This document shows, piece by piece, positions 26,288 through 32,000 of a stretch of 32,000 nt of DNA. The notes below the pieces were generated by a model. That model saw only the letters and a program-made list of their open reading frames with translations, did no database searches and was not told the DNA's origin. Origin of the DNA: Edaphobacter aggregans (GTDB lineage: Bacteria; Acidobacteriota; Terriglobia; Terriglobales; Acidobacteriaceae); the NCBI RefSeq assembly GCF_003945235.1, contig NZ_RSDW01000001.1:4560001-4592000 (forward strand), read 5' to 3'. The translations under genes were made by a program, and so were the position numbers. Numbering within the stretch: the stretch's first letter is position 1; each line of letters opens with the position of its first letter.

Positions 26288-27154
26288 TTAAAGGAAACGG
26301 AGGTTGGGGAGTGGGGGGAGGATGTTGGCTTCGGTAGCGTATTGGCGGAATAGGTGGATGGTCTCGGCGCAGGCAGGGTCGAGGGTGTAGTGGATGTTGT
26401 GGGTGAGGTAGTCGCGGATGGTATCGGGTGGAAGGGGGATGCGCGGGGTCCACTGGCGGACGAGGTCTTCGATGTGGGTGAGGCCGTGATTGCGGGAGTT
26501 GGTGAGGTCTTCGGTGAGTTGGGCGGGGGTGATGTGGCTGGTGGCGAGGGCTTCGGGACGGACGGCCCAGACGGCGGCGACCCAGGGGAGGTTGGTGCGG
26601 GTGTGCCACTCGTAGGCGAGGTCGAACCATTGGCAGGAGCCTACGGCTTGTTCGATGTGGGTGCGGGATTCCAGGGCGATGAGGGCGGGATCGCCGATGA
26701 GGATGGCGGCGTCGGTTTGCTGGAGCATCGCAATGGGGTCGGCTGAGGCGGGAAGGAACGATGGGTTGGTGTTGAGGAATTTGCTGAAGAGGATTTCGGC
26801 GTAGGCGAGGGAACTGCGGGAGGCGGTGTCGGCTGCGATGGTCTTTACGGTGCTAAGGGTGTGGGGTTCTTTAACGATGAGCTGGATCGAGCGGACGCGA
26901 CCGAGAGAAGCGATGGCGCAGTTGGGGACGATGGCAAGGTCGGGGGTGAGGGAGGCGATGGGGATGAGGCCGAGGTCGGCGCGACCGCTAAGGAGCTCTT
27001 CGGCGCAGAGCGAAGGCAGGGTGTAGTGGAGGCTGTAGTGCTCGGCTAGGGGAGCGGCCAGGGGTGGGTGCTCGAAGTCCCACATGAGGGGAGCGGGGTT
27101 GAGGAAGTTGATCGCTGCGACTCGGAGCATGGATGGTGACGATGAGGAAGCCAA
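26288..27154 (-). CDS. mqnA: Chorismate dehydratase, futalosine-pathway menaquinone biosynthesis
   Basis: LRVAAINFLNPAPLMWDF..., about 288 aa, with periplasmic-binding-protein-like fold features typical of MqnA. The call is memory-based. Confidence 0.75.
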   Translation of the reverse strand: MASSSSPSMLRVAAINFLNPAPLMWDFEHPPLAAPLAEHYSLHYTLPSLCAEELLSGRADLGLIPIASLTPDLAIVPNCAIASLGRVRSIQLIVKEPHTLSTVKTIAADTASRSSLAYAEILFSKFLNTNPSFLPASADPIAMLQQTDAAILIGDPALIALESRTHIEQAVGSCQWFDLAYEWHTRTNLPWVAAVWAVRPEALATSHITPAQLTEDLTNSRNHGLTHIEDLVRQWTPRIPLPPDTIRDYLTHNIHYTLDPACAETIHLFRQYATEANILPPLPNLRFL

Positions 27155-27188
27155 GGATTAGTTTAGGGGATGTTGCAGAGGAAAGTGC

Positions 27189-27383
27189 ATGAAGCGCGCG
27201 GTTATCGGATTTGTGCAGGACGAGGAAGGGCATTGGGTGGCGAAGCTGAAGTGCGGGCATGGGCAGCATGTGCGGCACGATCCTCCGTGGACGGTGCGGG
27301 AGTGGGTGACGACGGAGGAGGGGCGGGTGTCTCGTGTCGGGACGGAGATTGATTGCAAGCGATGTGATGAGGAGAGGATGTAG
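27189..27383 (+). CDS. DUF3565-like small protein with a putative zinc-binding motif
   Basis: 64-aa product: VIGFVQDEEGHWVAKLKCGHGQHVRHDPPW...IDCKRCDEE, i.e. CxH...CxxC. It is divergent from mqnA. Confidence 0.65.
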   Translation: MKRAVIGFVQDEEGHWVAKLKCGHGQHVRHDPPWTVREWVTTEEGRVSRVGTEIDCKRCDEERM

Positions 27384-27445
27384 TGGGCGACTGGCATAGT
27401 AGGATTCATGCCGTGTGACGTTTCAGACTGCAGAGGAGTGACGGT

Positions 27446-28222
27446 ATGGATGGATTGAGCGGTGTTCTGATCCGGGTTGGGCGATTGCTGTTTGCCGTTG
27501 CCATGGCGTTTTTTGGAGTGCAGTGCATTATTTTCGCTCGTGGCGGGGTAGGGCTGGTACCGGGGCCGCCGTGGACTCAGGGGCATATTGGGCTGGCGTG
27601 GATCGCGGGGATTGGGTTTATTTTGGCGGCTGTGTTTATTGTGACCCAGTGGCAGGGGCGGCTTGCGGCGAATCTTCTGGGTGTCTGCATGCTATTGCAG
27701 GTGTTGTTTTTTTATCTGCCGCGGCTGGTTACGCATGTTCACGATCCGAGGCCGTGGACGAGTGGATTTGAGGTTCTGGCGCTGAGTGGGGCGTCGTTTG
27801 TGCTGGCTGGGGCGCTGCCGGATGAGGTTCACAAGGGAGGCGGCGGACAGGTGTGGTTGACTGAAGCGGCGCGGTATATGTTCGCTATTGCGTTGGTGGT
27901 GTTTGGCGTTCAGCACTTTATGTATGCGCAGTTTGTGGCTGCGCTGGTGACACCGTGGATTCCGGGGCGTCTGTTCTGGGCATATTTTGTGGGAGTTGCT
28001 TTTTTTGCCGCAGCGATGTGTATCGGGATGGGGAGGAAGGTGCGGCTTGCGGGGATTTTGCTGGGGGTGATGTTTTTGCTGTTCGTTGTACTGCTGCATA
28101 TTCCTAGGATGGCTGCGGCTCCGCACGACGGGAATGAGTGGACGAGCGGATTTATTGCGCTGGCTTGTGGCGGTGCAAGTTTTGTACTGGCGGGAGCTTT
28201 GCCGGAGAAACATCGTGGATAG
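27446..28222 (+). CDS. DoxX-like membrane protein consisting of two tandem homologous 4-TM halves
   Basis: GAGGAG precedes the ATG. The halves align: FAVAMAFFGVQCIIFA versus FAIALVVFGVQHFMYA, and PWTSGFEVLALSGASFVLAGALPDE versus EWTSGFIALACGGASFVLAGALPEK. Confidence 0.65.
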   Translation: MDGLSGVLIRVGRLLFAVAMAFFGVQCIIFARGGVGLVPGPPWTQGHIGLAWIAGIGFILAAVFIVTQWQGRLAANLLGVCMLLQVLFFYLPRLVTHVHDPRPWTSGFEVLALSGASFVLAGALPDEVHKGGGGQVWLTEAARYMFAIALVVFGVQHFMYAQFVAALVTPWIPGRLFWAYFVGVAFFAAAMCIGMGRKVRLAGILLGVMFLLFVVLLHIPRMAAAPHDGNEWTSGFIALACGGASFVLAGALPEKHRG

Positions 28223-28262
28223 CTAATGGATATTTGTGGTTGGATACGCGATATTGGTTGGT

Positions 28263-29360
28263 ATGAATCGGCGACAATTTCTCTCTTCTTCCGGTGCTGC
28301 GGCGCTGGCGCTTGGCAGTAGGGTGGATGCTTCGGCTCCAACTTCGTCGGCTAATTCGAACCGGGTGTTGATGAAGTTGGGGTGTCAGAGCGCTCCTACG
28401 AACGATGTTCATTTGAAGTATCTGGCGCGGTATGGAGTGCGGGACATCTGCGGGTATCCCGAGACGTCGGAAGGGCACATCGCTTCGACCCTAGATGAGC
28501 TGAGCCGGATGAGGGAACTAGCGGAGAGCAATGGGATCAACGTGCTGTGTGTGGGGCCGCCAGTGCTGGAGTCGAGCTTCATCGACAGAGAGAAGCATCC
28601 GGCGATCATGCTGGCGAAGAGTCCCGAACGTGACCGAGATATTGAGCAGATTCAGATACTGATCAGAAACTGCGCGAGGGTGGGACTCCCTTCGATCAAG
28701 TACAACATGAGCATTCTTGGGGTGCTGCGGACTGGCCGGGTTCAGGGGCGCGGGGATGCGATGTACAGCCAGTGGAAGCTGTCGGAGGCGCATCCGAAGA
28801 CTCCGCTGACGATTGCCGGGCATGTGGATGCGGACATGTTCTGGGAGCGGATTACGTATTTTCTCGACCGCGTGATTCCGGTGGCGAACGAGTACAAGAT
28901 TCGGATGGCTTGTCATCCGCAGGATCCGGGGGTTCCTCCGGAGGGATATCAGGGCGTGGATCGGGTGCTGGGGACGGTGGATGGGCTGAAGAAGTTCATC
29001 ACGATTCAGGAGAGCGCTTACCACGGTTTGAACTTTTGCCAGGGGACGGTGTCGGAGATGCTGGCCGATCCAGGCAAGGAGATCTATGACGTGATCCGGT
29101 ACTTTGGCTCCCGCGAGAAGATCTTCAATGTGCACTTTCGCAATATCCGCGGGCATCGGAACGACTTTGTTGAGGTGTATCCGGATGAGGGAGATGTGGA
29201 CATGTGGAAGGCGATCCAGGTTTATAAGGAGGTCGGGTACCCGTATATGCTGATGCCGGATCATGTGCCGGTGGCTCCGCATGATCCGGATGGATTGCAA
29301 TCGTTCGCGTACTGTTATGGGTATATTCGCGGATTGATTCAGGCGGTCAGGGCGGGGTGA
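28263..29360 (+). CDS. Mannonate dehydratase-like (UxuA / xylose-isomerase-like TIM barrel) enzyme with a Tat signal peptide
   Basis: I prefer the start at 28263, giving MNRRQFLSSSGAAALALGSRVDASA (twin-arginine motif RRQFL). The body (IKYNMSILGVLRT, MACHPQDPG, IFNVHFRNIRG, MPDHVP) resembles the short mannonate dehydratase family. The call is memory-based. Confidence 0.65.
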   Translation: MNRRQFLSSSGAAALALGSRVDASAPTSSANSNRVLMKLGCQSAPTNDVHLKYLARYGVRDICGYPETSEGHIASTLDELSRMRELAESNGINVLCVGPPVLESSFIDREKHPAIMLAKSPERDRDIEQIQILIRNCARVGLPSIKYNMSILGVLRTGRVQGRGDAMYSQWKLSEAHPKTPLTIAGHVDADMFWERITYFLDRVIPVANEYKIRMACHPQDPGVPPEGYQGVDRVLGTVDGLKKFITIQESAYHGLNFCQGTVSEMLADPGKEIYDVIRYFGSREKIFNVHFRNIRGHRNDFVEVYPDEGDVDMWKAIQVYKEVGYPYMLMPDHVPVAPHDPDGLQSFAYCYGYIRGLIQAVRAG

Positions 29361-29515
29361 AGGGAAAGCCTCCGTCGCGATGCTCGCCGGCAGCGGCTTC
29401 GTAAGGATTTTGTAATCGTCCGCCCGGAGAAATGCTTTTGTCGAGGCATTTCGCGTGCTTATATAGGTAGGGCGGTTGATAGTTGAGAGATTTTGTCAGG
29501 GGGCTGAAGTAAAGG

Positions 29516-30715
29516 ATGAGGGGGAATCGAGGTCAGGAAGAGAATGGAGTTGGTCTAGAGAGGAAAAACGAGGTAGCGAGGCTGGCGTGGCTGGCGTTGA
29601 TACTGACGCCAGGGATGGGGGCTACGCGGACGTGGAAGGCGATGCGGAAGCTGGAGGCGGCGGAGCGACTGTTTGAGACTTCGTTGACCGAGCTGGAGGG
29701 GCTGGGGATGCCGGCTCAGTCGGCGCAGTTTTGTTTTGAGGGGAAGGCGCGAGCGGCTGCTCTTGATGAGATGCGGCGGGTGGTTGAGGCTGGTGGAGAG
29801 ATTTTGACGCCGGAGGATGAGGTGTATCCGGAGCGGCTGCGGGAGATTTATGATCCGCCTGCAGTGCTTTGGATTCGCGGGAACGTCGAGTTGCTTGCGC
29901 GGCCGGGGATTGCGGTGGTGGGGACGCGGCATCCTTCGCCATATGGTTCGGGGATGGCGGAGATGCTGTCGCGAGATCTGGCGAATCGTCGGCTCGTGAT
30001 TTTGAGCGGTATGGCTCGGGGCGTGGATACGGCGGCGCATAAAGGGGCGCTCGATGCAGGCGGAAAGACAGTCGCGGTGTGGGGGACGGGGATCGATGTG
30101 ATCTATCCGAAGGAGAATAAGAAGCTGGCGGAGAATATTATTGCGAGTGGTGGGACCATCGTGAGCGAGTATCCGTTGGGGACGTTTCCGGCGCCGCAGA
30201 ATTTTCCGATCCGAAATCGGATTTTGAGTGGCATGAGTGTGGGAGTGCTGGTGATTGAGGCTGCGGAGTATAGCGGCACACGGATTACGGCGCGGTGTGC
30301 GATGGATCAGAATCGCGATGTCTATGCTGTGCCGGGAAATGTGACGAATAAGAATGCGTGGGGGCCGAACACACTCATTAAACAGGGGGCGAAGCTGACG
30401 GCGACCTGGGAGGATGTCTGGGAGGACCTGCCTTCGCATGTACGTCTGCAACTTGAAGAAGAGATTGGGGTTAATGGGGGGAGTGAATCGAAAGGCGGGG
30501 GGAGTGCATCCTTATTCAGCGAGACTCCGTTGCCGGAACATGAACGGATAGTGCTGGAGAAGCTAAGGCATGATGAGGCGACGCAACTGGATGATTTGAT
30601 GGAGCGGTTGGAAGCGGAGCTGGGGTCGGCTGAGGTTTTTACAGCGCTGTTCGAGTTGGAGATTGCCGGACGTGTGAAGCAGTTGCCCGGAAAGAATTAC
30701 GTGCGGGCGTTCTGA
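29516..30715 (+). CDS. dprA: DNA processing protein DprA
   Basis: GIAVVGTRHPSPYG, SGMARGVDTAAHKGAL, AVWGTGIDVIYPKEN, FPIRNRILSG and DVYAVPG are present, plus a C-terminal winged-helix region. The gene lies immediately upstream of topA, which is the classical synteny. Confidence 0.9.
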   Translation: MRGNRGQEENGVGLERKNEVARLAWLALILTPGMGATRTWKAMRKLEAAERLFETSLTELEGLGMPAQSAQFCFEGKARAAALDEMRRVVEAGGEILTPEDEVYPERLREIYDPPAVLWIRGNVELLARPGIAVVGTRHPSPYGSGMAEMLSRDLANRRLVILSGMARGVDTAAHKGALDAGGKTVAVWGTGIDVIYPKENKKLAENIIASGGTIVSEYPLGTFPAPQNFPIRNRILSGMSVGVLVIEAAEYSGTRITARCAMDQNRDVYAVPGNVTNKNAWGPNTLIKQGAKLTATWEDVWEDLPSHVRLQLEEEIGVNGGSESKGGGSASLFSETPLPEHERIVLEKLRHDEATQLDDLMERLEAELGSAEVFTALFELEIAGRVKQLPGKNYVRAF

Positions 30716-30940
30716 TGCACAGAGGTCGAAGGCGCTGCAGTGTGATGGGAATCCACGCAAAAAGATCGTAAGTTCAGCCGGCGCTTTGGCTTGGGCGTGG
30801 GCTGAGGGGAGTAAAGTTTTGCACAGAAACGCGCTTCGACGGTGACCTTCCAAGAGGATTTTCGTCAGTTCAGGCATTGCAGAGAGATGACGTGCCGGGC
30901 GGAAGCGTGTTAGGTTCGCAAGGGAATGAAGGAAGAATGG

Positions 30941-30966
30941 AACATTCTGCTACGGCAGAACGTTTT
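30941..30966 (+). terminator. Terminator-like hairpin between dprA and topA
   Basis: AACATTCTGC-TACG-GCAGAACGTT forms a 10-bp stem with one A/C mismatch, running into TTTT (30963-30966). It ends 19 nt before the topA ATG. Confidence 0.45.
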
Positions 30967-30984
30967 GGTGGATGAAGGGAACGA

Positions 30985-32000
30985 ATGGGTAAATCACTTG
31001 TGATCGTGGAATCGCCGGCAAAGGCGAAGACGATCGGAAAATATCTCGGCAGCGACTACACGGTGGAGGCCTCGATTGGCCACATCATGGACCTGCCGAA
31101 GAACGACATCGGCGTGGAACTGAAGAAGCGGACGTTTGAGCCGACGCTGATTGTGTCTCCGGGGAAAGAGAAAGTTGTTGACCGGCTAAAGAAACTGGCG
31201 GCGAAGGCGGACATGGTGTATCTGGCGCCTGACCCGGACCGCGAAGGTGAAGCGATTGCGGCGCATCTGTCGATACAGCTGCTGCCAATGGTCAAGGATA
31301 AGTCGAAGGTGCGACGAGTGACCTTCAACGAGATTACGAAGAAGGCGGTGAATGCTGCCTTTGCGCATGCTCGCGATGTGGATGAGAACCTGGTGGACGC
31401 TCAGCAGACGCGCCGTGTTCTGGACCGATTGGTGGGGTATCAGATATCGCCGCTGTTGTGGGACAAGGTGCGTCGTGGGTTGAGCGCGGGGCGTGTTCAG
31501 ACTGTCGCGCTGCGGTTGATTGTGGAGCGCGAGCAGGAGATCAACGACTTCGTTCCGGTGGAGTACTGGACGATTAATGCTGCGCTTAAGCCGAGTCCGG
31601 ATGGGCAGGAGTTTGTTGCGCGGTTTGTCGGGATCGATGGTGTGGCCTCGCGCGTTGCGAACGGCACGGATGAGAGTGGCAAGGAACTCTTTATTGCTAG
31701 TGCTCTGCCGAATAAGGAGCGCATCGAAGAGGTCGTCGCTCAGTTGGAGAAGGCGAAGTGGAGCGTGCGTTCGGTCGAGCGGAAGGAGCGGCGGCGGAAT
31801 CCGACGGCTCCGTTTACGACGAGCAAACTGCAGCAGGATGCTTCGGGTCGGCTGGGATTTAATGTCCGCCGGACGATGGGCGTCGCGCAGCGCCTCTATG
31901 AAGGTGTGGAGTTGGGCAACGAGGGTACTGTCGGTCTGATTACGTATATGCGTACCGATTCGACGCGTGTGTCGCCGGATGCGATTGTTGAGGCGCGTGA
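30985..32000 (+). CDS. topA: DNA topoisomerase I, N-terminal part; continues beyond the window
   Basis: Open frame from the ATG at 30985 to the window end. The translation reads MGKSLVIVESPAKAKTIGKYLGSDYTVEASIGHIMDLP...VYLAPDPDREGEAIAAHL... (TOPRIM DxDxEGE). GAAGGGA precedes the ATG. The ORF is absent from the track because it has no stop in the window. Confidence 0.9.
   Translation, partial: MGKSLVIVESPAKAKTIGKYLGSDYTVEASIGHIMDLPKNDIGVELKKRTFEPTLIVSPGKEKVVDRLKKLAAKADMVYLAPDPDREGEAIAAHLSIQLLPMVKDKSKVRRVTFNEITKKAVNAAFAHARDVDENLVDAQQTRRVLDRLVGYQISPLLWDKVRRGLSAGRVQTVALRLIVEREQEINDFVPVEYWTINAALKPSPDGQEFVARFVGIDGVASRVANGTDESGKELFIASALPNKERIEEVVAQLEKAKWSVRSVERKERRRNPTAPFTTSKLQQDASGRLGFNVRRTMGVAQRLYEGVELGNEGTVGLITYMRTDSTRVSPDAIVEAR

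Noticed and set aside
25101-26630. 509-aa minus-strand ORF spanning the dedA-like gene, the intergenic gap and part of mqnA
   Set aside because: It is extremely Arg/Pro/His-rich low-complexity sequence. It lies out of frame over two genes that carry clear family motifs. This is the typical alternative-frame artefact of GC-rich DNA.
30926-31003. 25-codon upstream ORF (MKEEWNILLRQNVLVDEGNEWVNHL) overlapping the topA start
   Set aside because: There is no strong RBS and no recognisable leader-peptide logic, and an ORF this size is expected by chance. It is mentioned only inside the topA-leader finding.

Overview
GC-rich bacterial chromosomal segment. It is probably from an Acidobacteriota (Terriglobia-like) genome. 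That is an inference from gene content: an ADOP-type duplicated MacB/FtsX permease with no ATPase partner, a PEP-CTERM protein, Tat-signal carbohydrate-active enzymes and futalosine-pathway mqnA. I support 32 protein-coding genes. Housekeeping genes are the guaA 3' end, rimO, yacG, pgpA, fabH, mqnA, dprA and the topA 5' part. Also present are a TetR/azoR divergent pair, a Firmicutes-type lacD aldolase, a GH1 beta-glucosidase, a CE8 pectinesterase, a GAF-PP2C phosphatase and a membrane-embedded MutS paralog. Several secreted or membrane hypotheticals complete the set. One ncRNA is clear: a small (4.5S-type) SRP RNA at 21871-21969 with its own promoter and terminator. I saw no rRNA, tRNA, CRISPR array, transposase, integrase or phage genes. 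Most long ORFs in the track that overlap these genes are GC-bias artefacts. Overall this looks like mostly ordinary core chromosome, and I did not find a compelling novel multi-gene system. The best leads are: (1) a perfect 18-bp AT-rich inverted repeat in front of a DUF2975/YozG-type operon, followed by a PadR/membrane-protein pair; (2) the polytopic MutS-domain ATPase; (3) a roughly 120-aa insertion in RimO; (4) a short hairpin-plus-tail motif present twice just 3' of genes; (5) a DUF3565 / internally duplicated DoxX-like / Tat-signal mannonate-dehydratase-like cluster. All functional calls come from reading the translations against remembered family motifs. No database search was run.
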